DNA of 63,843 bases, filler included, from Reticulomyxa filosa (Eukaryota; Protista; Foraminifera): NCBI GenBank assembly GCA_000512085.1. It is 18 parts of 18 records of this genome, joined end to end, with 100 filler letters (N's around TTAATTAATTAA, not from the genome) between each part and the next. Parts side by side here need not be neighbours in the genome. Positions count along the whole stretch, not along the records: positions 19,659 to 24,782 come from ASPP01006821.1; positions 24,883 to 26,252 come from ASPP01015824.1; positions 26,353 to 30,069 come from ASPP01025893.1; positions 30,170 to 31,205 come from ASPP01015724.1; positions 31,306 to 34,914 come from ASPP01041509.1; positions 35,015 to 45,943 come from ASPP01007610.1; 12 more parts are not named here. The stretch is one strand, 5' to 3'. Of the stretch, positions 23,966 through 37,046 are shown in pieces. The notes under the pieces were generated by a model that saw only the letters and a list, made by a program, of their open reading frames with translations, had not been told where the DNA came from and made no database searches. The position numbers were made by a program, and so were the translations under genes. Numbering within the stretch: the first letter of the stretch is position 1; each line of letters opens with the position of its first letter.

Positions 23966-24756
23966 TTATTTTAAATTTTCTTGAGATTGTTTTAGTGTAG
24001 TTATAGTATCAACAACAGGCATGGAATAAGGCATAACCACACTATTTGATGGCATTGGTATGGCTTGATCCATGGCGTTCAAGAAACATCGACAAGCGGC
24101 AACTCTTAAAAGAGTATCATTAAGTTTTAATTTCTCTTCGCTTTCGTGGATGAGTTGTGTGTCCAGCTCAGGGCAATTGATGGCAGCCAAAGCAGTTTCC
24201 AAAGTGACCGCATTCAATACAATAGCAATGGCAATGATAGGAGAATGAAAATGATGAATTAAATCATCTAATATCCAAGCTCTTAACAAATCAACATCTT
24301 TTAAAAATCTGTTTTCGTTTGTTTATTGTTACTTATTTACCAATTTATATTTTTTTTCTCTCAAATATCTTGCACATTATTTATGTATTTGTATATGTAC
24401 ATATATAAATACATATGTAATATCAATCGACAAATATAAGCAATAAAATTACTTTTTAATTTTTCCATACGAGTTATTGACAACTCGATGTTTCTGAAGG
24501 TAATCCATGGTTATTGCGACTTCTGTTTTTTTGTAACTGGCAAGAGCGTCTTCCAAATCCATCTCTTGCATGCCCTTGACAACATCCAAGCAATGTTGCA
24601 TCTCTTTGGCCCCTTCGGGGTTCGAATTTTCCCCCCATTTTTCAGGTACTCAATCTCGACTTGTGTATCAAACGTGGTATTGAACCAATTGACTATTGGC
24701 TGCCAGTGTTTTTCATAATACCCTTCTTTTATTTTGTCAGGGTTTTCTGCTATCCT
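23966..24756 (-). CDS. ATP12: Probable ATP12 / ATPAF2 mitochondrial F1 assembly factor, 5'-partial
   Basis: YYEKHWQPIVNWFNTTFDT and WILDDLIHHFHSPIIAIAIVLNAVTLETALAA resemble the ATP12 'WDP..W' and 'KS.i.alal' segments. Intron at about 24299-24469. Confidence 0.55.
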
Positions 24757-24939
24757 TTTTTTTTTTTTTTGAGTTGAAGGGGNNNNNNNNNNNNNNNNNN
24801 NNNNNNNNNNNNNNNNNNNNNNNNNNTTAATTAATTAANNNNNNNNNNNNNNNNNNNNNNNNNNNNNNNNNNNNNNNNNNNNAATAATAATAACAATAAC
24901 AATAACAATAATAATATAAATGATAACAACAACAACAAC

Positions 24940-26140
24940 GTGAAAAATAAAAAAAAAAACGACAGCAAAACGAACAAAACAAAATCAAAGCCTCAAATCC
25001 AACACGATGGTGACGACGAGGATTCTTCGTCATCAAGCTCATCCTCGCTGGAAAAAGTAAAGCAAATTGTCCAACAAACGTCACTAGTTTCAGAACCGGT
25101 GCTACCACGACATGGGTCGATTCAAACCACGAGCCTCATCACTTCCAACAACAACAATAACAACAACATCAACATCAAGACAAGGAAGGATGTGGAAGGA
25201 CCCATCGTTCCGTCGCCGCCGCAGCCAAGAAGTCCGACCGACAAGGGCAAGCATCTGCAAGAAACGACCACGCAAGGCGATGATGATGACGACGACGATG
25301 ACGCTCTCATCGGTGGAACTGTTACTGACACTGGAGAGCGGCTCTTTGGCAAAAAGACCACCAAACAGATTGGCGAAGATGGCGGTGGTGAAGAGGACAT
25401 TGAAGAAGAAGAGGATGACGAGGAGGAAATACAAGGGCCAAGAGGGCCACAACTACCACACATGCAAGTGCAAGTGCAAGTGCAAGTTCAAGTAGACAGT
25501 AACCAAGCTGACACTGATGAAGACGAGGAATCGTCGCACGAAAAAGAAAAACAAAGACCTAGCGCACAAGAAGAAGAAGAAGTTGTGGAAGAGATAAAAG
25601 TCGATACAAAAACACAAAATAAACAACATCAATATGAAGCCAATGACAACAGAAAAAGCAGCGTTTCCACTCCTGGAGCTCCTGGGGCAATTGTCACAAT
25701 AGAGCAAAGTGGTAGAATTGGACCACTTTCTCAAATGCCTCCACGAGTATGATGTTTATATTTATATTGGATATACATATATATGTACATATATATATGT
25801 ACATATACATATATGTACATATATATGTATATGTATGTTATGCCAAACCCAATCATATTTTATATGTGGATAAATTATATAGATTGAAGAAGATGAGGAC
25901 TTGTACGGTTCTGTGACAAGTGGCGGACCTGCTGAAGTCCATAAACAACAACAACAATATGCTGGTGGAGAAGGTAATGGAGATGATGACGATGATGATG
26001 CAGATTTATTTGTAAAACAAATTCGACCAACGGATGGAGGCCCGTCCAACCCACCCATGGTACCCGTGGTATCTGTGGCAGGCCATCGTGACTCAAATGA
26101 ATCCAACTCTGCGACAGAAGATTTATTTACCTCAAGCTGA
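24940..26140 (+). CDS. Acidic low-complexity hypothetical protein, partial; two exons (intron about 25747-25883)
   Basis: 270-aa E/D/N/Q-rich ORF ending at a GTATGA donor, a (TA/CA)-repeat intron, then a second exon ending in TGA. Confidence 0.6.
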
Positions 26141-26399
26141 ACCTTTTTTTTTTCCCTATGATTTTTTTTTTTTTTTTTGTCGGTATGTTTGTTCATTCAT
26201 TTGCTTACATTGTTTTTCTTGACTCCTTTTCTCAGAATCACAAAAAAAAAAANNNNNNNNNNNNNNNNNNNNNNNNNNNNNNNNNNNNNNNNNNNNTTAA
26301 TTAATTAANNNNNNNNNNNNNNNNNNNNNNNNNNNNNNNNNNNNNNNNNNNNAAAAAAAAAAAAAAAAAGTCGTTACATCAAGTGCTGAGAGTCGGGAT

Positions 26400-28700
26400 C
26401 AATGCGATTTATGACAGTTTGGTGGAATGCTACAATGTGGATCAAGTTATATTCGTTGCTTATCAAACTAATGAGCTGCAGTGCTTACTTTCAGTTGCAC
26501 CCCCCATTTTGGGCTCTGGTGTTTTATTTGATTAAGTTTAACGAATTGCTTCCCCTTTTGTAAATTTGATTTTATTGAGAAAGGAGACATAAGACAGCAA
26601 AAAAAAAAAAAACAAAAAAAACAGCCACTTTTTTCGTTTTTGTTCTTGTACATGCAAGCAATACCTCTTCTTGTTCTTCAAAAAAAAGTGGGGACACGTT
26701 TTACGGTGACCAAAAAAAAAAAAAAATATAATAATTATTACGCTATAAATAAGATTGAGCCACATCCACTCTTTTTCATAGCATTGACTTTTTCAGAAAA
26801 GGTTGAACGTTGCCAACCAGATTTTACAAAAAAAAAAACAACAAAATAACAGCAAAAAAACAATAAAGAAAACGCAGTCATCAAATGCAAAAAAAAAAAA
26901 AAAAAAAAAAGTATTATGCTCACCAACATTGAATTCTAGGATCCCACGTTTTTTTTCTTTCAGCAAAGGCACAACCAGAAACAATGAATTTAAACTCAGT
27001 TCCAAGAACTGGTCTAAGTGTACTCTGATACAGCTTAAACTTTTTTTGACTTCCTTGTACATTGTAAATACAAATTTGATGGTCGTTGCATGTAATCTCT
27101 CTAAACTTGTCACACACATGATTATGAGTGCGATGGTTGCAACCGGCGTGACAATATGTCTGTTGAAATGTAGAGTTGGAATTCGAGTTGGGATTAGATT
27201 TGGGATTCGGATTGGCCATTATGAAATCTTTGGACGGATCATTTTCCCAAAACAAAGAAAAGGATGAATTAGCCTTGTTTTGGCCTGTATTTGTCGATTT
27301 CTTGCTTGGCCAAAGACTTTCCCATATTGATTTTTTTTTTGTTTCGACCATGAGAAACGTATTGAAAAAAGAAAATTTCTCCTTGATCAAGTGCGTCCTT
27401 TCTGCTATTTGCAAATGTGTGAAAATGCAATCCGTGAACACTTTGTTTAACCAACCAATGCCTATTTCGTTGACGCCTGTTCCATTGGATTGTGCACATA
27501 CGTATACACATGTGTATGTATGTAAATATGTACTCTCGCATCTCAACTTTAAAAAAAAAAACAAATTCCGACTTTAACATGCACAATAGAATGAAAACAT
27601 AGAGGTATACGTATTACATATCTCTCTTTTGTTATTTTTTTTTTTTTGCATTCTAAAAAAAAAAAAAAAAAATACCATCTAAATCTTTCAACCCAATTCC
27701 ACGAGAAAGAAATACATTTGGATATAATAAGTCTGGTGTTTTGATAAATCCCATATCCAAATTTTTAATAATATCTCGTTGATAATATCTGGCATTAGTC
27801 CGATGAAAGTAGTTTTGGAACATATTGTAAATATATTCGCACGTTTTATTTGTCACCGAAGTCCGACTCAAAGCAAGCCATCTTAAGTCGCTACACTTTT
27901 CACCCAACGCATTTAAAAGTAGTTCCATATACTTATCGGTTATTCCCGGATTGTCACTCAGCCATAAACCATCCAATCCCAACGAAGTCCTCCTTTTAGC
28001 AATTGCTTGGTATAATAGATAAACACATTCGTCGTCTAGCGCATTATCTTTTTTGTGTCATCCAGAAAGAATAAAGAGAAGAAGAGATCACATTGTTTTT
28101 TTATTACATATTATATATATATATGTATATACAAATATACGTACGTATATACGTACACATTACAATATGCACAACTCTACCTTGCAAGAATATTTTTTTA
28201 GCATTGCTGACACTTGTTGGCATACATAAGAGAATATCACTCATCCAAAGGCAGCCTGCTCTTCCAAAATACTCCTTATTTAATGGAACAAATATTGACT
28301 CCAGTTCTTGTGGTATTGTTGATAATGAGGTTGAATTTGAACGTTGTACTTTATTATTGTCGTTCAAATTCTTTTGCATCCGATGTAATTGTACATGATT
28401 TATTAGTACAAACTTCAAATGCTTTTTCTCTTTTTCACTTAAATCCTTAAATGATTTCTGTCCCAATTCTATTGCACTTTTCAAGTAATTCGCGTTGTTG
28501 TCACGATAATATTTTATCAAATTATCGCTCCAATACTTGATTATATATTCAGTGTCACTACGGGAAAATATATAACGGTCCAAACCAAAAACCGAGTAAC
28601 AATATCGGTCCACGCCAGCCAACTTGAAACGATCCAACAACTCTAAGTATTGGCTACAATAATACAGACAATCCGGACCAATATCAAATAATGTCACCAT
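26400..28700 (-). CDS. F-box-like + leucine-rich repeat protein, multi-exon
   Basis: N-terminal LFDIGPDCLYYCSQYLELLDRFKLAGVDR is F-box-like. RI-type LRRs include DNALDDECVYLL, LDGLWLSDNPGITDKYMELL and LRWLALSRTSVTNKTC. Introns at about 28049-28181 and 27478-27676; the 3' end is uncertain. Confidence 0.65.
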
Positions 28701-29371
28701 CTGTACATTTCAGATTAAACGAAAAATTAAACACCCTTCTAATACACGAATATTTGCTCCAAAATTATCGTTATTACTCAATTTGTTTGCAATTCAAATT
28801 TCTTTATCTGTTTTTCTTTTTCAAATAAAGATATCATAGCCTCAAACAATTATAATTGTCCAAAATTCTTTTGCAACACGAACGTTAGAGTTCTTATCTT
28901 CTTTTAGTCTTGCCTTAGTCACTCCAGCTTCGTGTAATATTCTTCAAAAATAAATCTTCCTATATATTATCCAAAATATAATTTTAAAAATTTAACTAAA
29001 ATGTGTGTCTGTGTAAGTTTTGAAAAACAATAGTGAATGATGTGACCACAACTATTTTCATCAGTCATTTTTAATACTTAAAACATTTTATTTCTTTTTG
29101 CTTTATTTAATTCAATGTGAAGACAAACGCTTGTGACAGAATATGATCAGATTATAAAGGACTAGTTGTTGAAAAATATTCAAGTAAAATTGGCATACAA
29201 TATTTCAGGAAATTTCCATCCATTACTTACGTGTATGAAATCCAAAAAAAAACAGTTTTCTTAAGTTACGTAAGATCAGAATACTCAAAATACGACAAAA
29301 AATGATTAACAAAAAGATCAAAAAATTATGCAAGGATCTTGTGCAAATACATGTTCTACAAAATAATTGAA

Positions 29372-29599
29372 TTATTGTATCTTGAAACCTTCCTTTGCCA
29401 TGCATTGCTTATGAACTTCGTTCAATTTCACACAATTGATATGATCCACTCCATATTCGGCAAAACATAAGTCTCTGGCGCTTCTTGTTTCTTTGCATAC
29501 ACAACACGGACGCTTCTCGTTTGTTTTCGTGTTGGCGTTCTTAGACGAGTCAGTTGTAGATTTGGCGTTATTTTCTTTTTGGTTTGGGGATTGACTCAT
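29372..29599 (-). CDS. COX17: Cytochrome c oxidase copper chaperone
   Basis: 75 aa with KRPCCVCKETRSARDLC...C...HKQCMAKEGF, i.e. the CCxC motif plus twin Cx9C. Confidence 0.95.
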   Translation of the reverse strand: MSQSPNQKENNAKSTTDSSKNANTKTNEKRPCCVCKETRSARDLCFAEYGVDHINCVKLNEVHKQCMAKEGFKIQ

Positions 29600-30169
29600 T
29601 TTTTTGGTTTATTACTACTTTTTAACCAATTTTAGTTCACGACCAAAATGTTAAGTTTTTGTTTTTTGAGGCCTCCTTGCGAGTGAGCTTTTCGCTGTCG
29701 TTAAGAGTCAAAAAAAAAACAAGGTCATAAGACTGAGTGTCATAAGTTTGAAACTAGTGCAAAAATGGAATTATATTTGTAATTAACGAAGAACAACAAA
29801 AAACTGAACGTTTGAATAGTAGTTACAAACAAATTAATAGGATAAACAATATAATATATAATATTAATTTTTGTCTCCAAAACATTTCAGACTACAATGT
29901 GTTCATTTACTTATATTTCTTTGCTTACTTTTTTTTTTTCTCATTGAATGAGATGGAAACATTGTTCTAAAAGAGGCAGAAACTTCGACAATAAAGAACA
30001 AACAGAATTTTCGAACATATTCAATCAAATATTTTTAAATTTTTGTTAAGTGACAAATGAAATGTTTGTNNNNNNNNNNNNNNNNNNNNNNNNNNNNNNN
30101 NNNNNNNNNNNNNTTAATTAATTAANNNNNNNNNNNNNNNNNNNNNNNNNNNNNNNNNNNNNNNNNNNN

Positions 30170-30347
30170 ATTGGTTTCTGACAACCATTCAAATCGTGCC
30201 AAACACAAAGTGGAATTATACCCTCATACGCGACTACGTCGGGTTTCATTTAGTCGCAATGGTTGTCGCGTTTGGATGGAGATTATTTGTCGTATTTTTT
30301 GGTTCGGTTTATATGTATACATATATAAAGAAAGAATATATGCAAAC

Positions 30348-30386
<39 letters not shown>

Positions 30387-31115
30387 TGTATTGTGTGTGT
30401 GTGTGTGTAATATACAATTGATAAATGAATAATGGAAAGAATTAAACTATATTCGTTGTGTGGAGCAATTGGAATGGCAACGCTTTTTATTGGAAATGCC
30501 GGAGATGGAAGCCCATATGAAGAACAAAGATAACGACGACGACGTGCCATCGACGACGATGAGTGAAGAGCCATCGCACGTGGAGTTGGTCAATCCCTTC
30601 CCAACCGACGATGTGCAAGGAGGTGATGTCGCGACTTGTGACGTCCCTGAATCGAACAGAACGGCAAAGCGAATCACCACAACAATATCCACAGCAGTCT
30701 CTGCAACGTCAGTGTCAGCAAAGACCGCAGTGACAACATGCACAGCGAACATGCAGACAAAAGTGATGGCAATAAGTAACAGCAATAATAATAGTAACAA
30801 TAGTAACAATAGTAACAATAGTAACAATAGCAATAATAGTAACAAAAGAACAGATGCCAATAAACTCCAAAATCAAATGCCGATCAAGTCTCTGTCGAAA
30901 TTCGTTCGTTGGAAAAAAGGCATTGGCGATCCTAAAAAAAGTGGTTTAGTGGTGTTGTGCTGGTTCTTTTGCCATGGACTCTTTTATGCATCTGTCCCTC
31001 CCGTTTATGCTCGCGGCATTGGTACTGTCATCTTTTTTTTCGATTTGCTCGCCTGCTTCGTCTTGTGGTTCAAGACCCCTATCATTACCGATATTTTTTA
31101 CATTCGCAAGTTTCA
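30170..31115 (+). CDS. Multi-pass membrane protein fragment with poly-N/S loop insertion
   Basis: Hydrophobic segments (VGFHLVAMVVAFGWRLFVVFF, GLVVLCWFFCHGLF, GIGTVIFFFDLLACFVLWF) around a low-complexity loop. Intron at about 30301-30439; both ends are at gaps. Confidence 0.55.
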
Positions 31116-31970
31116 CGTTGAAAAGAGAGAGAGAAGAGAGAGTATATGAGAGAGATAAGGGGGAGGGGGAGGGGAGAGAAGGAGGAAGAGGGAATGACAC
31201 AAGACNNNNNNNNNNNNNNNNNNNNNNNNNNNNNNNNNNNNNNNNNNNNTTAATTAATTAANNNNNNNNNNNNNNNNNNNNNNNNNNNNNNNNNNNNNNN
31301 NNNNNTCACGGCTTTTGTCATAATGGTAGTGGTATGAAAATACCACTGCTAAGTTACCAAGCACTTACGTACATCAACCAAAAAATTCGACCTTTTTGAA
31401 TGAATTGAATGAGGGGGAGGGGGAAAAAAAAAGATAGTCAAAAGTTTGTGTTCAAGGAAGGGCAAGGTTAAAAAGAGTGAAAAATAAAATAAATAAAAAA
31501 ATGATAACAAACCAATGTATGGTATTAAATGTAGCCCTTGACTGGCAAGGCCCAAGAAATTAAACGGGAAATGATCAAAGTCATGATGTATCAATGTTGA
31601 TATTATTAATGTATGGCACATATGCAATTTCCAATTTCTTATCGAAAATACAAAATGGTCAGTCAGCGTTTCTTTTGGCACTGGACACGAGAAAAGTTAT
31701 CCTTATTTAATTCTTCCTGTTTGCAATTTTGCCGTTTTGTACGATATCGTCCAAAGATAAACCAACGCTCTACCATCTTTTTTTTGTTCTTCTCCACTCA
31801 TTCATGTCTTTACATTAAATACCTTCTCGAGAATAAATGAATATTGAAGCTTATTAAATGATGAGTTGCTACAAACAAATGTATGTTGATATTCATCCTC
31901 GTTTCCTTGTCCTTCCCTTTTTTTTCTGTCTTGTCTTATTCTGACTTTTTTTTCCATTAAAAAAGCCTCT

Positions 31971-33300
31971 CTAAGAGCAACAGGAACAAGTAAAGAAAAA
32001 ATTTTCTAAGCAAGCAATTGATAAAGCAGCACCGGAAACATAATTATTTTCAAATATTGCAAAGAAAGGGATGAGAACGACAACAAAAAAAATTATTGAT
32101 TTTGTCAAATGTTGTTGTGTCCAAGGTTCCTTCTCTTGTGAACACAACAATTTTATTTCTCTCAAATTAAAATTTGGTGGAAAGAAAATAAAAAAGGGGG
32201 GCGTAGTTTCATCTTTGACAAAATTAGGGACAGGGTTGTGAAATGGTGGCATGGATTCTTCTAAATATGCATCCAAGCCGTATTTTTCAATGAAAGAGCT
32301 TTCATGTGCAAACAATTGGTCCCACATTTCCGCGTCAGTTGTTTTCAAAAGTGAATAGCAAATGCTCATAGACCAAAACAAAGCATTTTTATTTTGAGAC
32401 GACAGTTTCCAGAATTGATCGCAATCTTTGAGTTCTTTGAATGATCGGATGGTGATCAAGTCCTTAAATGATATGAGATCAATCCTTTCTTTGTTCGGTG
32501 TCACACTCTTATTAAACCACATCAGTTTGAAATGAATATACAGTTGTATTCTTTAAATAAAAGCGCAACATCTGTTCAATATATACACACATATATGTTG
32601 ATCGATAATCCTGATAGCAAAATACAACGGAATACATACCAAAATTGGATTAAAAATATTTTTTGAAGCTTTGGAAAATGTAAAATTCAGCCATTTGCAT
32701 CAAAGTGTTCTGTCAACACTGCCCAAATCTTGGCTTTGTCAATTGGCCTTGCACAAGCGATTGGGTGTTTGCTTTGAATTTTTTCCAGTGCTGCCCTGTG
32801 TGCGTATGTGATATGTTCACCCAATCAAAAAATCAAAAAATCAAAAAATAAAAAATAAAAAATGAGATTGCTTCTCCTTTTCTCACATCTTTGAGACACA
32901 ACTTTAATTTTTCTTGTTTGAAGCCCGTGGTGCTGTTGGTTTGATTTGGTGAGATATCTCCATCATATTTTGAAGCAGGACCGTCTTTGTGATCTTGTCC
33001 TTCCTTTGTGCGCTCCGTCTCAGTTCATTTGGATGTTTCGCTCTCATTCTTTTTCTTTGTTTCTTTTTCCCTGTCCTTGTCCTTATCTTCATCTTTGTCT
33101 TTTCGAACGGACAAATGAGCCAGTAGTTTGGAGAAGGACTGTGCAGTCGCCTTCGGCTGTGTCTTCTGTGGTAATACGAGCGTGATCGACTTTTACTCTT
33201 GTCTTTGCTTCTGTTGCTCTTGCTTTTACTTTTACTTTTGGTGCTTCGGCTGTGCGAACGAGACGAAGAAGAGCGTCTTGTCGCTTTTCAACACATTTCC
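31971..33300 (-). pseudogene. Disrupted gene with SR/K-rich N-terminus and an unidentified globular C-terminal part
   Basis: RSSSSRSHSRSTKSKSKSKS run, frameshifts and an in-frame TGA (HFDANG*ILHF) upstream of the 183-aa ORF 31971-32522. Confidence 0.45.
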
Positions 33301-33599
33301 GTTATTCACGCAATGATAAATTCATACACATTATATATGCATATATGTACACAATAAGCACATAATATTTTCATATTAAATTTGAAGGGGAAGGGATCAT
33401 TAAAAAAATTGATTATGGTTCAAAAAAGGTCACTTAAAACGCTCACTTTTTGTTACCAACTTTGATTGTCTAAAAAACATTGTTTAAAAAATGCAAAAAT
33501 ATGTCTTTTTTTTTTTTTTGCAAAAGACAAAAAGAAAAATGTTTCTACAAAGGGGTCACACAAAATACCATCTGTTTGTTTTTCTGACGGCAAAAATTG

Positions 33600-34435
33600 G
33601 ACACACTTAATTCCATTCCTTTGATTTCATAAAGCTGTTGAAATTTGCATAAGTCCGACAAACGAACAGTATTTGACGTGCAGCACATAATCTCCATGTC
33701 CTTTGAAAGAAATCAATTCCTTTGTCTCACACACACAAATGGTTCTATCAAACAATCAAGAGCAAATATTATATTAATTACCACCACTAATGCTATTATC
33801 ATCATTTTCTCTTCGAAATGAAAAGTCGACACATTGCAAGGTGTTGGGATGTTTCAATATCCCACACTTGAATGGTTAAACCTGCTGACACAGAACACAA
33901 ATGTTGACCAATTGACATTTCGTAATTATACTTCATCTTATCAATCAAATGATCTTGTGATGTAAAATGATGGCTCAACTGATTGTATCCAAATTCTTTG
34001 AACCAATAACTTGCTCAAGTAATCATTCATGTCCCTTATGCTTCCTTTGAAATCGCATATGACCAGATTGGAGGTTTGCTCTTCTTATTGAAAATTTTGT
34101 GGACAGACCACTTCCAGTTCATTAATTAGACATTGCAATAGTTGATTTTTGGGGTAGTGACAGTTAGCATGACGTTATACAGACAAGCGTTTTCATTATT
34201 GTTTAAATATTGTTGCAAACAACTCTCCAACAATCAATGGCCTTTCTTTGTCCACATGTTGAGGACAAGTAATTTCGACTTGATTATTCGCCACATTTCC
34301 ACAGATCAAACAAATCAAGTTGCTGATTTCCTCGTCTTGATTTGATTTTAAAATTCAGTCTTTGTTGTCAAGAGAAATTAGGGTCACTTTTGTCCCGCTT
34401 TCTTCTTTGCTCTTTTCATTCTCGGCTTGACTCAT
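33600..34435 (-). pseudogene. TRAF-like RING / zinc-finger gene remnant
   Basis: MSQAENEK...ICLICGNVANNQVEITCPQH...LIVGE (atypical RING) followed by CDFKGSIRDMNDYL (TRAF-type zinc finger). Multiple stops and frameshifts. Confidence 0.6.
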
Positions 34436-35014
34436 GTTGCTATTTTTCTGCTTTCTACTATCTCCTTTTTGTTTATTGCTTGCAATATAAAGTTTTCATT
34501 TGAAGTTTCCTTTGATTGTGTTCTACCTGTTTTTTTTTACAAATAAGCTGAACAATTTAATCATAAGTCCTTAATTTATTGATCGGAAAAATTTTTAACA
34601 ATATTTATGAAATATGTTTACACAAAAACTTGTCTTTTTAAACAATTTTTGAAAAATAAAAACAGATTAAATTTACAAGTGCTAACTATATTATTGATCA
34701 ACTACGTGTCACTATAAAATAATTATTGTAATCACTTTCTTAAGAAAAAAAATTGTTTAACGGTCAATCCAACAAAGAATTACGTTTGGGTTGAACAACA
34801 GACAGCAAAAAGAATTTCAAAATAAATTGATAAAAAAAATATTGGTTTTAGTCATTCCCAAGCAAATGTACAAATACAAAGAATTTCAGTATTATTTGTG
34901 GACTGAAAAATATTNNNNNNNNNNNNNNNNNNNNNNNNNNNNNNNNNNNNNNNNNNNNTTAATTAATTAANNNNNNNNNNNNNNNNNNNNNNNNNNNNNN
35001 NNNNNNNNNNNNNN

Positions 35015-35086
35015 GATTTTGATTTTGATTTTGTTTGTTTTTTTTTCGATTTCTATTGTTATTCTTGTTGCCATTGTTATCATTGC

Positions 35087-35126
<40 letters not shown>

Positions 35127-35610
35127 GTTATCATTATTGTACTCTTCACCCGGCGACATTTGATCCCAGCGTTGCGAAATGCCGCCGATTGAAACATGAG
35201 GTGACACTTTGTCCCCTTTTTTCTTTCGGCTACTTTTGGTTCGAAAGTTCTCACTGTTGTTGTTCGAGGCCTTGTCAATAGGATCATTTGCTTCAAAGAC
35301 TGATCCAGTATTTGGCTCGTTTCGCATTTCGCTTATCCATTCGCTTTGCTGGTTGCTTTTACCCTTTGTTGTCTTCTTTTCATTATCATTGGAAAACCAG
35401 TTTGTGCTTTTTGGATTGTCATTTGGACTCGTCAGTGCACCCCATCCGTCGAGTTCCGAACCTCGTCTTGAATTCTTTTTGTTCGGCCCTGGACCTGGGT
35501 CTGAAAAATCAGAGAACGCTGAAAAGCCCTTATCTGCAGGAAATACTGAAAAGCTCTTATCTGCAGAAAATGCTGAAAAGATAGAATTATCATTATTATT
35601 ATTTCCAATC
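35015..35610 (-). CDS. Low-complexity hypothetical exon (poly-N, FSAFS-type repeats), partial
   Basis: Open frame running into a linker, containing FSAFSADKSFSVFPADKGFSAFSDFSD. Confidence 0.45.
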
Positions 35611-35929
35611 TGACATGTCCATATCACAATATATAAAAAATAATAAAAAAGTTCACGTTCTTTGTAAACGCAGGGTGCTATTTTTAAAAGAAAAACTATT
35701 CTCTCAGCGAAACAAGAATTTGACATCAGATAAAAAGACTTAAAACTTATTATGTTTTCATTGTAGAATAACTGCCATTTTTGTTTTTCTGTGGATATTA
35801 TTTCAAAAGTTCTCACAATAAATTGCAATGATAAGAGGCAACACAAATGCGAAAGCTTAAGAAGAAAAGAAAACAATAACAAACTAGAATGACGTAATAA
35901 GAAAAGCAAACTATCGTTTTTTTATTGGT

Positions 35930-36789
35930 TTAAAATAGTCCAACTCGATTGAAAATCAATATTTGGCGTATTTGTGACATGTTCAAATATGGAATAATTT
36001 TGTACAAGTGAACGAGGCATTTCAAAACAAAGAAATCGATGAGGATCATTAAAATGAACAAGATGACAGAAACAACTTTTGAACTGTTTGCATAAATGAA
36101 ATAAACGCGAACTCCAATCTCCATTACTAAACATATCATGTAAGCAGCCAAATATGAGCGCTTCAATATCTTAGCCCCATAATATCCTGCTAATGCCAAC
36201 AGTGCCATAAATAAAAAGAAGAAAGATAGAGTCAAAGCGAATAATACCAAAATGATGAAATCCATCATCGCGAACATTCTCACAAATCGGCATAATCTCA
36301 TTACTTCCAGTACACTTGTGTCATGTTCTACTTCTTCTTGTCCCTGTATTACTTCTTCATTTGGTACGTTATTGTATCCATAAGGGTTTCTTTTTTTTGT
36401 TTGTTTCAATAAGAACAAAAAATCCAATTTGTTTTTTCCTCTCCTTTTCTCTTAAAAAAACAAAGTTTGTGGCACATATCACAAAACTGTGGTATATCCA
36501 CCGCTACATCTCCTTGATTTGCGTCATGATTATTTATTGGTTCATTACGTATTGGACGAATTACCATATGCAAAGTGGACTGATCTACAACACCATATTC
36601 AGAAAGTAAATTGGTGTCATTTTTGAGCTCTTGTCCTCGAAAAATCAACCTTTGTCGCTCTGGTGAAATGTCACGCTCTTGCTCAATTGATCGCTTCAGG
36701 TTCTCCACTGTCGCGTTTGGGGCAATTTGTACATCCAAGGTTGCGCCGTCCAATAATTTTATTATCACTTTAATAAGATTATCTGTCAT
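35930..36789 (-). CDS. Ubiquitin-like domain + about 4 TM helices; exons 36789-36488 and 36389-35930
   Basis: UBL fold signature IKVIIKLLDG...TVENLKRSI...ISPERQRLIFRGQELKND...LSEYGVVDQSTLHMVIR. A phase-2 GT-AG intron restores the frame into a hydrophobic C-terminal exon. Confidence 0.85.
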
Positions 36790-37046
36790 TTCTAAAAACA
36801 ATGCTATTAGTGGTGAGTTCTAATAATTCTCAGTTTTTTTTAGAGTTAAAAAAGTTGGACAATAACGTTTTACTCTTTGGTGTTGTTTTTGGAATTTGAA
36901 AGTATTTTGTTGGCAGATTGTCGCTTTAAAGAAAAAAGTTAGTTGTTAGTAGAGCTTAACAGCTTTGATTTAAAAACTGCTAACACTGTCAGTAACGTAG
37001 TTCCAGAACTGTTTAATAATAAAGCCCCCTTTCCTTCCAGTAATCA

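Noticed and set aside
9477-29599. Apparent mitochondrial cluster (peroxidase, ATP12, COX17)
   Set aside because: The genes lie on different contigs joined artificially, so the linkage is unsupported.
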